Under the pieces are notes generated by a model. It saw nothing but the letters and a program-made list of their open reading frames with translations. It searched no databases and was not told the origin of the DNA. The translations under genes and the position numbers were made by a program. Of a stretch of 64,000 nucleotides of DNA, positions 1 through 12,924 are shown piece after piece (position 1 is the first letter of the stretch; every line of letters starts with the position of its first letter). Source of the stretch: the human T2T-CHM13v2.0 reference genome, Homo sapiens. The DNA is taken from NCBI RefSeq assembly GCF_009914755.1, contig NC_060929.1. One strand, given 5' to 3'.

Positions 1-43
1 TTATACTATCTACCTGTTCATTCCCTCTTCACTGACTTTTGGT

Positions 44-255
44 CAGCATTTGACAAACTTCCTGCCAAGGACTAGGTAACTATTTTAGGTATTTTGAGCT
101 ATATGGTGTCTGTCACAACTACCCAACCCTGGTATTATATCATGAAAGTATTCATAAATAATATATAAGCAAATGGGTATGGTTGTGTTCCAATAAAACT
201 TTATTTATAAAAACAAGGCTGGATTTGCCTGTTGGCTGCAGTTTTCTGACAACTG
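44..255. mobile_element. MER58A-like hAT-Charlie MITE
   Basis: Characteristic core 'aaatgggtatggttgtgttccaataaaactttatttataaaaaca' and overall length; recalled consensus. Confidence 0.75.
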
Positions 256-269
256 CTTTTGGTTATTTT

Positions 270-540
270 CCAGATCTCAGCTTAAACATCATTTTCTAGC
301 AGCCTTTCCCTAACTTCTTAAGATAAAATATTTCATACTGTGTCTTTAGAGCCCTTATGCTACTCTGATTACCTCATGGTGCATATGTTTGTTTAATGCT
401 TGGTTTCCTAACAAACTGAGAGCTCCATGTGATCAGGGATTGTGTCTGGGTTTGCTCATCACTGGAGTCCCAGTACCTGACACAGTCCTAGCATGTAGCT
501 GAACTCAGTAATTATTTTACAAACCTATGAATAATGAGCA
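270..540 (+). mobile_element. L2 LINE 3' fragment
   Basis: 'agctccatgtgatcagggattgtgtctg...cagtacctgacacagtcctagcatgtagctgaactcagta' resembles the L2 3' end. Confidence 0.65.
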
Positions 541-605
541 TTAGCATCATTCTTGGGCTTTCACAGGTAAAGTCTCATTGCTGAAATTGGGTTAAAAATA
601 TGCAG

Positions 606-1150
606 CTAGCAATTTCTTAAAAAGTTAAACCAAGAATTACTGTATGGTCCAGCAATTCCACTTCCGGGTGTATATGCAAAAGAATTGAAAGCAGGGACTA
701 AAGAAGATACATGCACAATCATATTCCTAGCAGCATTATTCACAATAGGCAAAAATGGAAACAACTCAGATGTCCATCGGTGGATGGATGGATAAACAAA
801 ATGTGGTGATATGCACATACAATGGAACATCGTTCCCTTAGAAAGGAATGAAATTCTAACACATACTACAACATGGATGACACTTGAAAACACTATGCTA
901 AGTCACAAAAGAGACAGAATTGTATAGTTCCATTTATATGAAATACCTAGAAAAATAAAATTTATAAATAGAAAAAAGGATCATGGTTACAAGGTTCTGG
1001 GAGAAAGGGAGAATAGAATGTTATTGTTTAATGTATACAAAGTTTTTGTTTGGGATGATATTGGTGATAGTTCCACAACATTGTGGATGTACTCAATGCC
1101 ACTGGATTGTATACCTAAAAATAGTTAAATGGTAAAGATAATTTTAAAAA
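606..1150 (+). mobile_element. L1MB-type LINE-1 3' fragment
   Basis: 'ccagcaattccacttccgggtgtatatgcaaaagaattgaaagcagg', 'gcagcattattcacaatagg', 'aatgccactggattgtatac' are ORF2-end/3'UTR motifs. Confidence 0.85.
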
Positions 1151-2454
1151 TGGCAGGAATTAATCAGATTGAATATGGGAAGAAACTAGGCCAGGATAGA
1201 ATAGAATAGAACAGATGAGAATGAAATCATAGGATGCTATTGGTGGAAAGGACCTCAGAGATAAGCTGGTACAATAGCTGCCCTCTTCTCTCATTTTACA
1301 GAGAAAAAAACAAAAAACAAAACAAAAAAACAAGAGCCATTGTGGTTCTGTGGAAAGCAAACTAGGTTTCAAAAGACCTGGATTTAAGCCCAACTGGGAC
1401 CCCTGGTTTACTCAGCATCCTCAGACACATCTTTGGCCCGTGTGTCTGAAATTTGTGATTCTAAAATCTCTGGTTGGTCTGTTCTTCTGGTCTTTGGTTT
1501 CAATCAGGGTTTCCTTCCTGGTGATCTGGGCAAGCAGTTTATTGGCTTTTGTGACGGAGTTTTTCTGAGTTTTGGCTAACCTTGTTGATTGCTTCCCTGT
1601 GCTTGGTCTGCAAGCCCATTCCAATTCCCATGCAGTTTTGTGTAAAGATATCTTCATTAAAGACACCTGCTTGGCTTCATTTCGCTTCACAGTGTGTTTC
1701 AATTCATTTTTATGGGCGGAGGCAGCCAGCTGCAATGGATAATCTGGCATCTACTTTAAATGTTGTCTCATGCCCACCTTACAACATTATGACAGTCAAT
1801 TGACATCTTGGGACAGCAGTTTTCCTAAGATTAATGACAATAACAATTATTGTTTTTTTTTCTTATGCTAATTTATTAAACTTTTGTGAGGATCAAATTG
1901 TTAGGGGACATTGACTCTACTTAGTTAACTCACAGCAAAATGGTAAAAACCAGTGGTTACATCTGTTTGGTATTTTTCTACTAGAGTGTTAGTTCCCAGA
2001 GAGTAAGGACTCTGTCTTTGCACAAGAAAACAGGAAAGATGAGTAAAAGGCATCCTAGATTCAGAGTCAGGGGGATTGGCTTCCAGTCCTGGTTTTACCA
2101 CCATTTTACCTTGTGATGCTGGGTAAAGGACTCACTGCCTCCCACACTGACTGGTTTCCTCATCTGTAAAGTGAGGGGCATCGAATAAGATCATCTTTTG
2201 CATTTCCTTTTAACTCTGACAGCTTATGAATTTTGCACTTCTAGTGCTTAGCTCTGTGCCTCGTATATATTAGGGAATTAATAAATGTCTATTAAGCCAA
2301 ATTTAGTTCATTACTATTTATTATTAGTTAAATGTCATTAACTTGTCACATCATTTAGGTTTCTGGAAAGATGACTTTCTTTATTATATTTAGGAAATGT
2401 GGCAGTGATCATTTATATTTAGTGGTTCTGATAATAGGATGGCTGATAACACCA

Positions 2455-2699
2455 GTAGTAGTACTAACGATAAACATCTATAGAGTGCTTATAATGTTCC
2501 AGGCACATACCAGGTATTTTTAAAATGAAATTCTCAACACAACCTTATGAGATAGGTGCAGGCATTAACCTTATTTTACAGATAAGGAAATGCCATGTTA
2601 AATAACTGGACATGTTCACACATGTTCAAAATAACTGACCTTAACACAGTCAGTAGATGGTGGAGCTGGAAGTTGAACCCTGTTCAGTCTGTCTCCAAA
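2455..2699 (-). mobile_element. MIR SINE
   Basis: MIR core in reverse: 'aaccttatgagataggt...ttattttacagataaggaaa...gtagatggtggagctggaagttgaaccc'. Confidence 0.75.
2608..2627. promoter_or_regulatory. Candidate p53-family response element
   Basis: GGACATGTTC ACACATGTTC: two RRRCATGYYY half-sites, zero spacer, one mismatch in total. Confidence 0.5.
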
Positions 2700-2795
2700 T
2701 AGGGTTTCCAGACTCAGCATTTAAAAATAGAGGATCACAAATTAAATATGAATTTCAGATAAACAGTGACTATTTTACTACAAGTATGTCCTATG
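2700..2795. mobile_element. MER53 MITE, half element
   Basis: 'tagggtttccagactcagcatttaaaaatagaggat...aattaaatatgaatttcagataaacag' matches the MER53 left arm. Confidence 0.65.
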
Positions 2796-3670
2796 TGATC
2801 ATACTACCCTCATCTGCCACTCAGGGCAATACATTTTTTTTTTTTTTACCACTGGCTTATGGATTCAGCAGGCAAAATGAGTTCACCTAAAGCAAATTAA
2901 ATGAAAGCAGAACTCTTGTTTCTCACAGGATACTTGGCATTCAATACTATAGGACTGGAAGCCAGGTAGAATTTAGCATTAGGCAGTAAAAAGATATAAT
3001 ATGAAAAGTTTCCATATTAGGAAAATGGCCCCACATGTTATGAAATTTCCTCTTACTCTGAATCTCTTACATCAAATAATTTTGTGTTTTACTTATCTCA
3101 TGAATCTTCTCTCTCCTTCTCAGGGTTTCTGTTTGCTTTAAAAGATGAAACAACTTATAATTTTTTTAAAAAAATTTCAAGTGAAATCTGTAATTACGAA
3201 CGGAGCCAGGATCTCTTGTGAATTGTTTGAGAATGTTGCTTCCCTGTGCTTGAGCTGAAATATCTCATACATCTGTTGCTATGACAATGGGTTCTCGTTA
3301 GTGGGTGAGGTAGACATTTGATCTGTACATTCACAGTGAGGGCTCATGTTCCAGCCTCTTTGTTACGATTCTGAAACTCATGAAATTGGAGAAGTTTCAC
3401 CTTAATCGAAGAAATCGAATTTATAGCAGAAGGGAGTCAAGCCTGGGCCCCTGTCCACTTATTACCACTTTGACTCAGTTTTCTCCACTGTGAAATGGGG
3501 CTGACAACAGTGCCTACTGCATAGGTTTGTGTTAAGAGGATTCATGAAGGATGCAATTAGTGTTATTACTATTAGTTTTATCATTATTATTAAAATAGTC
3601 TATTCCAGGGAACCTTGGTCAAAGCTCATAAAGTTATATTTTTGTTGCCCAGTTAGCCCATCAAAGGGAG

Positions 3671-5176
3671 TGTGTCCGGAATTAGTGGGTTCTTGGTCTC
3701 ACTGACTTCAAGAATGAAGCCGTGGACCCTCATGGTGAGTGTTAACAGCTCTTAAGGTGGCGCGTCTGGAGTTTGTTCCTTCTGATGTTCGGATGTGTTC
3801 GGAGTTTCTTCCTTCTGGTGGGTTCGTAGTCTCGCTGGCTCAGGAGTGAAGCTGCAGACCTTCGCGGTGAGTGTTACGGCTCTTAAGGCAGCGCCTCTGG
3901 AGTTGTTCTTCCTCCCGGTGGGCTCGTGGTCTCGCTGGCTTCAGGAGTGAAGCTGTAGACCTTCGCGGTGAGTGTTATAGCTCATAAAAGCAGTGTGGAC
4001 CCAAAGAGTGAGCAGTAGCAAGATTTATTGCAAAGAGGGAAAGAACAAAGCTTCCACAGTGTGGAAGGGGACCCCAGCGGGTTGCCACTGCTGTCTCGGG
4101 CCTTCTGCTTTTATTCTCTTATCTGGCCCCACCCACATCCTGCTGATTGGTAGAGCCGAGTGGTCTGTTTTGACAGGGCGCTGATTGGTGCATTTACAAT
4201 CCCTGAGCTAGACACAAAGGTTCTCCACTTCCCCACCAGATTAACTAGATACAGAGTGTGGACACAAAGGTTCTCCAAGGCCCCACCAGAGTAGCTAGAT
4301 ACAGAGTGTCGATTGGTGCATTCACAGACCCTGAGCTAGACACAGGGTGCTGATTGATGTATTTACAATCCCTGAGCTAGACATAAAGGTTCTCAAAGGT
4401 CCCACCAAATTAGCTAGATACAGAGTGTCAATTGGTGCATTCACAAACCCTGAGCTAGACACAGGGTGCTGATTGGTGTATTTACAATCCCTGAGCTTGA
4501 CATAAAGGTTCTCCACATCCCCACCAGACTCAGGAGCCCAGCTGGCTTCACCCAGTGGATCCCGCACGGGGGCTGCAGGTGGAGCTGCCTGCCAGTCCCA
4601 CGCCGTGTGCCCGCACTCCTCAGCCCTTGGGTGGTCGATGGGACTGGGCGCCGTGGAGCAGGGGGCGGTGCTCGTTGGGGAGGCTCGGGCCGCACAGGAG
4701 CCCATGGAGTGGGTGGGAAGCTCAGGCATGGCGAGCTGCAGGTCCCGAGCCCTGCTCCGTGGGAAGGCAGCTAAGGCCGGTGAGAAATGGAGTGCAGCGC
4801 TGGTGGGCTGGCACTGCTGGGGGGCCCAGTACACCCTCCACAGCCGCTGGCCTGGGTGCTAAGCCCCTCATTGCCCGGGGCCGGCAGGGCCGGCCGGCTG
4901 CTCCGAGTGCGGGCCTGCCAAGCCCACGCCCACCTGAAACTCCAGCTGGCCCGCAAGCGCCGCGTGCAGCCCCAGTTCCTGCTCACGCCTCTCCCTCCAC
5001 ACCTCCCTGCAAGCTGAGGGAGCCGGCTCTGGCCTTGGCCATCCCAGAAAGGGGCTCCCACAGTGCAGCGGTGGGCTGAAGGGCTCCTCAAGTGCCGCCA
5101 AAGTGGGAGCTCAGGCAGAGGAGGCGCCGAGAGCGAGCGAGGGCTGTGAGGACTGCCAGCACGCTGTCACCTCTCA
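3671..5176 (-). mobile_element. LTR12C solo LTR (ERV9), full length
   Basis: Minus strand begins TGAGAGGTGACAGCGTGCTGGCAG and ends ...TTCCGGACACA; 4-bp TSD GGAG at 3667-3670 and 5177-5180; CpG-rich U3; tandem CCAAT/GATA repeats about 4180-4530. Confidence 0.97.
4106..4530 (-). promoter_or_regulatory. LTR12C U3 enhancer repeats and core promoter, firing leftward
   Basis: Repeated gattgg (CCAAT on minus) and tagata motifs; AATAAAA TATA-like box on minus near 4109-4115; ERV9 LTRs are known NF-Y/GATA-dependent promoters. Confidence 0.7.
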
Positions 5177-5376
5177 GGAGGAGGAAGAGTTAAAACTGAA
5201 AAGCAAAACCTAGAACCAGAAGATGAGGACTCTAGTACATGTTTCCTGATCTGGGTGAGAGAATCAGGGCAACTTGTTTAACTACTTGGAAACTCATTGT
5301 CTTTTCTGTCAAATGGCAATAATAATTAATGTACTCCTCTCCTCCAAAGTTGGTGTAAAGATTAAATGCAATTATA

Positions 5377-5402
5377 CACACACACACACATACACACACA
5401 CA
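5377..5402. repeat. (CA)n microsatellite
   Basis: Direct reading. Confidence 0.9.
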
Positions 5403-6213
5403 ATGCTTTAAATGGAAAGAGTGCTGTAGAAATGGGAAGTGTGTTGTCTTATAAAAAGCTGACTGTTTGTTACAGGTGGTTCTGTTAAGCTGAGTTCCTC
5501 TATTGTGGCATTTATGTCCTCAGGGCAGGAGGTGGCCCTCCTCTGCCCTGAGACAGGCCTGGCTGTTTGCCAGGGCCAAGCACAGGCACCATATTTTGAT
5601 TCGATGAGTGGTATAATTGTTTGGTTAATTTTGTGGTTGAAAAGCTCTGTTTTCTTTTAGGTCTGTACACTTGGATAAGCCTCTCTGTGATTCAGCTTCT
5701 TTAACTGTAAAGTGGGCTGGAAAAAACCAAAGCAACTTCCTTCGTGGAATTATTGTATTAATAAAAGTCGAATAAAATAACATACTTAAAGCATTTAGTA
5801 CAATGACAGAAAACATTTAAAAGTGTTATATATTAATCTCTGTTAAAGTTCTTTCTGTATTTCCATCTGTTTCTTGTAGTACTATTCTAGGAGCCTCTAC
5901 AACTTTGTTTACTTGTCTACTTTTTGAAGCTTTGGGAATCTGTGGCTCTAATTTGAGCAAGGCCACCAGCAAATGGTCTTTTCAGAGAACTCTGTATCTG
6001 CCCTCCAAATCTAGCCTGCAAAAACTAGGAATGACAATTCCACTTTTTAACATATAACTATATGCTTTATATCAAGGGCTAAATATTACACTAAAATTAA
6101 AATTAACTTTTGAGAAAAAAAAAAAACATGATTCCTTAGCAGGCAGTGAGACAAAGACAGGAGTGTGTGCACAATTAGGAAGTTCTCTCATTTCTTAGAT
6201 TTAACACAAATCA

Positions 6214-6642
<429 letters not shown>

Positions 6643-7349
6643 TCAATTTGGCTAATTAACGACTCGGCTATAAAATCGAAGAGCTTTCTCTTTCACACTG
6701 TTAAGAGAAAAAGCTTCTGGTCTCTATTCAGCTCCTGGCTTCCTCTCTCTGAGTTAAATGGGACGATGGAAGTCAATTTAGCCCTGCCACACCCCATGCC
6801 CTTGTTTCCCGGCTCCCTTGGTGAGAACAGAGCACGGAGTGGGAGTGGTATCTTGGGGCAGAGGTTGGGTTTCCTCAGCTGCCACTCTGTTCCTTCCCCC
6901 ATGTAGCAGTTTTCCTTGACTCAAAATCTCCTGGAAGCATTCAAACCCGTTTTAAGTGCCCATCTGAGGCACACTGCAGGCATCAGACGAAGGTCTTAAG
7001 TAGGTCACATTTTAAAGTCACCGGTAACCCCAGCATAGTTCCATGACCAACGCCCAAACAGTAGTTACTCATTAAAGTCCTGTCTCTGAGCAACAGACTA
7101 CCTACATCAATTTCACTTTCACAGACTGGATTTTAAGTCATGTTCTTTTAAAATTTATGAACATTCTTCCTCAGAAATTAACCAATAAAATCAGGTTTTT
7201 AACAGTTAAGGTAATGTTTCTCCTTACAGCTTTGCAGAAATTGGTTCTCTGGAGTCCATTTCTCTACTGGTTCAAGAGTCACTGTTTTACTGAGAAAGAT
7301 CTAGATTATCATGAAGCTAAAATCCACTAACTACTGATAACCAAGACAC

Positions 7350-7945
7350 TGGAACGTTCACATGTTTCTGGTGAGAGTATAAAATGGTACAACCACTTTG
7401 GAGAACTTTTTGACAGTTTTTAATAAAATTAACTCACATATAATCCAGCCATTCTACCCCTAGGTAGAGAAATAAAAAAAATACACCCAAAACTTGCACA
7501 CTGATGTACAGCTTTAGTCATAATAGCCCCAGACTGGAAACAACCAAAGTGTCCATCACAAATTAATGGACAAACAAAATTCCATAAAATGGAGTATTAC
7601 TTAGCAATAAAAGGGAGTAAATTACTGATCCACAGAACAACATAGATTAATCTCAAAGGCATTACATGAAATAAATCTGAAATAAAGGAGTACATACTGT
7701 ATGATTCCACTGATGTGAAATCCTAGAACTGTCAAAACTAATCCATGAGGTAGGGATGCATGGGAGCGCTGACTGCAGAGGACCATGAGGGAACTTTATG
7801 GAATTATAGAAATGTTCTTTGCATTAATGGAGCTGGTGTTTACAAAGCTGTATACATGTGTCAAGATGCATCCAAATGTACACTTGAAATGGGTGCACTT
7901 TTTGTTTGCAAATTATACCTCAGTAAAATTGAAAAGGGAAAAAAG
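7350..7945 (+). mobile_element. L1ME-type LINE-1 3' fragment
   Basis: 'aaaatggtacaaccactttgg', 'ctggaaacaaccaaagtgtccatc', 'catactgtatgattcca', 'caaattatacctcagtaaa'. Confidence 0.8.
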
Positions 7946-8459
7946 TCTTAAAAGATGCCATGAGCCCAGTAGAATACGTTTTGGAAGTGGCACTACTTTT
8001 CATACATTTCTTATCATGGTGAACAGGTTGAGTAAATGATAGGGCTGCAAAGCATAGATTCCAGCAATAAATTTAAATCAATACTGAGGAGTAAATATAG
8101 AAGGTAATCCATGACGTTTCATCGCATTGTGTTCCGATAACACAGATGTAGCTAGTTGTCAAATCTTTACAGAATAAGAGACTCCCTAGAAGTGTCCCAA
8201 ATCTATCAGTCTCATCTTAGATAAAGCATATGTTATTGGTTCATAGAATTTGTGATACAGTGCCCAAAGCAAGCCCCTGGAAAGAACATTTTGTTTTCTA
8301 ATACATCATTTTTGTTCTTATTAGGAACACCAAGTCTCTTTATTATACATATGAGCTAAATTATTTATCTTTGGTTAATTTGGGGAAGGGGATCTTAAAT
8401 GATAAAGTTAAACTCAAGCAAAGAACTCTGTGCTGAATTGTAGTACTAATAGCAGTTTG

Positions 8460-8660
8460 GGGGAATTAGAAGCTCTGGGTTCAAATCCCAGGTATGTCTC
8501 TTACAAGCTATGTGACACAAGGCAAATTACTTAATTTCTCCAAGCCTTAGTTTACATACTTATAAAATGGGAACACAGCACACAGCCGTAGGGTCGAATA
8601 AGGATTAAATGAGATGATATTTATGATGCATGCAGTATTATTTGTGGCCTAGAGTAGGAA
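8460..8660 (+). mobile_element. MIR SINE
   Basis: 'ctgggttcaaatccca...tgtgacacaaggcaaattacttaatttctccaagccttagttt...ataaaatggg'. Confidence 0.75.
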
Positions 8661-9516
8661 ACTTACTTCTTTGCATCCAAATGGTTCGGAAACAATGGAG
8701 ACTTATTAACAGGAAAACTATGAAGAGGAAAGACAGAGAGCAACAATGATTTTTTTTTTTTCTGATTAAAGAAAGGCTCAGTAGATTTCAAATACACAAA
8801 CAGCACATTTTCGTATAACTTTTCCCCTTAAAAACCAATATCTATGCTATCTGAGGAGAGACAGATCAAAAGTAAGGAACTTGGAAGGGCATTTGCCTGC
8901 TAATTTGCTCCCTGACAGACTTCTCTTGACAGAGATCAAAAGCTGAAAGGAAACCGCCTGCTAAAGCTTTTGATAGATAACGGTCCAGAGACTCTGTAGG
9001 ATTCTCATTTTTTCTCTACATATAAGGCTTCCACCTGTCTGAAGTGGAAGTTTTCTTCTCAAGTGTGAAGATATGATAAAGATTATATTAATTGCCAATA
9101 GACAAATCTAATGTCCAATAAAAAGTTACCTGTAAGTACTTATGGTTGTGTTTCTTTAAATCATGCCTCATATCAACGATTTACGTGGAGTAATATAATA
9201 TTAATTGATGATTCTGTTCAGCACTTTTAGTGAGAAATTTTCTACCAAAAACTTAACCAAATAGGAAAGTCCACAACATTCTGTTTGTTCAATTCACGTT
9301 AGAGTGGCAGGTGGAAAGACCGTGAGGTCATACCTGACCTTCCACAGTTCAACTAGTTGAAGTGCACTAACTGCAGGCCAAATATCCAGGAGAGGAATAA
9401 ACCACCACCTGGGGATTAGCAGTCTTGTCAAAAGAAACTTGAATGTAAATGGACAGAAATCTGAACAGAAGGGCAATTTAGTTAGCTTCAGTATAGCCAG
9501 CTCAGCTGCTTGGAGT

Positions 9517-9845
9517 AGGGGTCAGCACACTTTTTCTGAAAGTGGCCAGGCAATAAATATTTTTAGCTTTGCAGGCTGCATCATCTCTTTTGCAACTACT
9601 TTACACTGCCATTTTTGAGAGAAAGCAGCCACAGACACTACATAAACAAATGTACACAGCTATGTTCCAATAAAACTTTATTTATGGACACTGAAATTTG
9701 AATTTCCTAGCATTTCCATATGTCACAAATTCTTTTGTTTTTTGTCCAACTATTTAAAAGTGTAAAAAACATTCTTTGCTTGCAGACCATACATAAATAG
9801 GTGGTTGACTCGATCTGGTTATACAAAAACAGGTGGTTGAGTTGA
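9517..9845. mobile_element. MER58B-like hAT-Charlie MITE
   Basis: 'aggggtcagcacactttttctg', 'ccaataaaactttatttatggacactgaaatttgaatttc'. Confidence 0.8.
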
Positions 9846-9989
9846 GAGCATCATTCTCATAAGAAGGTGTTTGTCCAAAGGGCTGTTTGTCTTTCCTTTC
9901 AGAACACCTTGTGCTATGGTTTATACTTCTCAACCTAGGTACGTATCTTTCAAATATGAACCCCTGATAGCAAATATTTATGCTTTTCC

Positions 9990-10190
9990 CTGGCCTTAAT
10001 GTATTGCTTGTGTTGCCTCATTTACTTCACGTTACAACCCAAGAAGGTAGTACCATTATTAATCTCCATTTTCAGGTGACCAAACTAAGGTTCACAGATA
10101 TTAAATAGCTTGACTACTGTTACACGGCTAGGAAGACACAGAGCTGGAATTTGAATTATGTCTCTTGCTGTCCAGAATTCTGTCTCTTTC
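9990..10190 (-). mobile_element. MIR SINE
   Basis: 'attattaatctccattttcaggtgaccaaactaaggttcacag...gagctggaatttgaa'. Confidence 0.7.
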
Positions 10191-10589
10191 TGAAGGTACT
10201 AGAGTGCGAATGGCTGACTCAGTGTGACCATTAACTGCTTTACGAAGCACAATTCACAGCCCTTGGCAGATGCATTGGTTTATCTCCATTCGCAAAGAAA
10301 GGTCACCTGCCTTTCCTGGCTGTTGCTTTTCACTGAAGCTCAGCAAGTCATTCAGAAACTCTCTGCTTAACCATAACATCAAGGGTAAAATTTCCAGGAG
10401 TCTTTGGCAATTTCAATACTGCAAAACCCTTTCAAAAAGCACTTGCCTTGTCAAGATGTGGCTGTTAGAAAAGAATTTCCCCATTCTCCCAGGGAAAAAA
10501 ATCTGTAGAGTTTAATACAGTTTGTACACAGGCAGCTCTCACTTGGAGCTAATTTTTCTTCCAGAACTTTAAATTTGCAATAAGTACAT

Positions 10590-11205
10590 GCAATTGGACT
10601 GGAGTGGCAGAAAGCTTATAAATCATATCACATCATTGTCTGGCTTTAAATCCCTCCAGGGGCTTTGTTCCACACTTAAAATGAAATCTCAGTTTCTTAC
10701 AATAACCTGCCAGGTCCTACATAACCAAGCCATTGCTTGCTTGTCTAATGTCATTTATCCTACTCTCTCCCCCTGCTTTCTACTCTCCAGTCACACCAGC
10801 CAGTTTTCCTTTGCACATGCTGCGCCTCTGCACATGCTATGCCCTGTCCCTGGAACGCTTTTCCTCCAATCTTTACATATTGATTCCTTCTCATCTTTCA
10901 GTTCTCATCTCCTGTATCTACTCCTCAGAGTGGTCATTCCTAAATATTCATTTATTATCATGTCCTGCCTCACCAACCCCAGTCTCTGCCTAAACCCAAT
11001 ACCTTGTTTTATTTTCTTCATAGCACGTACCACTATTTGAAATAATATTATCCATTCATACATTTGTTTACTTGCTTGTTCATCACTTTCCACCCACATG
11101 CCAGATCCAAGAGAACGGAGCCCTTGGCTTGTCTTTTTCACCCCTCTATCTCTAGGGCCAACTGCAGGTACTAGGTAAGTGTTCATGGAATGAAAAATAA
11201 ATGAC
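10590..11205 (+). mobile_element. L2 LINE 3' fragment
   Basis: 'ctttgcacatgctg...ccctgtccctggaacgctt', pyrimidine-rich body, 3' end 'ggtactaggtaagtgttcatggaatgaaaaataaatga'. Confidence 0.75.
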
Positions 11206-11839
11206 TATTCTGGAGAATGAAAGCACCAGGCCTTACCTTCTTGTGACATTATTGACTAATTGTAGGCTTTGCTCAGGCCTTGGTTGCAGCAGACAGATGA
11301 GAAAGTGTCGAGGTCTTCTTGGTCAATGGATGGCAACTCAGATTTATTCTGCTTTCCTGTCGAAGTCCCAAACTCATTATTAATGTGCAACCAGTTGACA
11401 AGTTTTAGTTTCCTCAAATATGTCTATGGCAAAAAATTGGACAATATATTGCACAATAAGCTATTGATTTATAAGCCCCCAGCAGACACACATATTATTC
11501 TGAATGCATAATTACATTGCAGGCAGCACATTTTTCACCTGAGATATGGCACATTTAGATAAAAACTAAGTCTGCTCAACTATGTGCCTTGTCTAAATCT
11601 GGATATGGAGAATGCATACAAAATTAGCATTCCATTAAAAATGAGTAAAATGTGAGACATGGCTAAAAAGAGGTGCCTGCATCATCTGGAGTGTCAGAAA
11701 GGCAAAGGCACAGTGTTGAAGCTCTGGCTTTCTTAGAGCATCAAGGTACTATGTCAAAACTATTGAAATCCTAAGCTTCAATTGACTTTTCAGGAGTAAC
11801 AAGACACAAACTATTTGTTTATTGAGGGCCCCTAACGAT

Positions 11840-12075
11840 CTAGTAATTAAGAGAAGAGTCTTTTAAGTCAGAGAGTACCAGGCTAATATCCAGTTCTGAC
11901 ATTTAATAGCTGTGTAACTTTGGTCAGATCCCTTAACCTCTCTTAAGACTCAGTTTGCTCAACTGCAAAAAGGGGACAGCAATAGTGTTCTACCTCCTAG
12001 AATTAAATAAGATAATGCATAGAAAGCATGCTACCAGCACAGAGTAAGTACTTAAGTCATATTGAATATCAATAA
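11840..12075 (+). mobile_element. MIR SINE
   Basis: 'tagctgtgtaactttggtcagatcccttaacctctcttaagactcagtttgctcaactgcaaaa'. Confidence 0.75.
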
Positions 12076-12924
12076 CTTTGCACTTGGTATACCCTCAAAG
12101 TAGCTAAATTCACCTACTATAGCAATAAAAGAACATTCAAATGAAAGTTAGACCTGGCTTCAAGTCCTCTTTTTGTTGGTTCATATGTTTACTTGGGCAG
12201 ATTACTTACCACCTGTGGCATTGAAGACAAAATTCATTTAGTCTATGAAATCAGTCTACAAACAAGTATTTCCTGAGCATCTATGCCTACAAAACCAAAC
12301 GTTTTGTAAGATTACTCAGTCTATTGCCCCCTATGTACAGAGAAGAGTAATGCTCCACCCTGCTTTGTGCAGTGAGGTATATAAAGAGGCATAACATTTG
12401 TTCTTACTGTCAATGAAAGTATAATGCAGCTCAGAACATGGGTTCCAAGGGTCAAACACATGAAATAGTCACCATGATGAGAGAATATAGAAACAACAAA
12501 TGCCCTGATGCACAATGATATGCTGTACATAGTCAGAAAGGAGGGAAACTGATGAAACCTGGACTAGTCTTACTTTTTGTAGGGAGGGCTTACTTTTTGT
12601 AGGCAGCAACACTTATGACTTCAAAGGTGTAGGATTTGGGTTGAAGGAGGAGAAAGTATATTACATTTGGGAAAAAGGGAATGTTATTAATACCATTAGC
12701 AAAACTTTGAAATGCATTTAGCCTCGAGAGTGACAGATAATACAGGATATGGCCAAGTCTTGAACAATGCAAATAATAATAATAGTAAGTATCATTTTTA
12801 TTACAGTTCAACTCAATGCCTGCACCTATTGCAAATAAGATAAAAAACAAAATATTTGCCAGATACTCACTAAGCATTATCTTACTAGCATTATCTCATG
12901 TAATGCTTTTGACAACTAGATTCC

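Noticed and set aside
1421-1750. 109-aa minus-strand ORF in non-repeat DNA downstream of LTR12C
   Set aside because: No recognisable domain and no convincing splice signals
4180-4530. Regularly spaced repeats resembling a CRISPR array
   Set aside because: Known ERV9 U3 enhancer repeats; the intervening sequences are themselves repeated and the context is eukaryotic
4322-5101. Several overlapping ORFs up to 174 aa
   Set aside because: All lie in the GC-rich U3 of LTR12C; stop-poor composition, no recognisable protein
5519-5552. 10-bp stem hairpin ctcagggcag/ctgccctgag
   Set aside because: Isolated short stem with no supporting context; plausible by chance in 64 kb
12569-12603. 15-bp direct repeat cttactttttgtagg, period 20
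   Set aside because: Only two copies; ordinary slippage duplication, not an array
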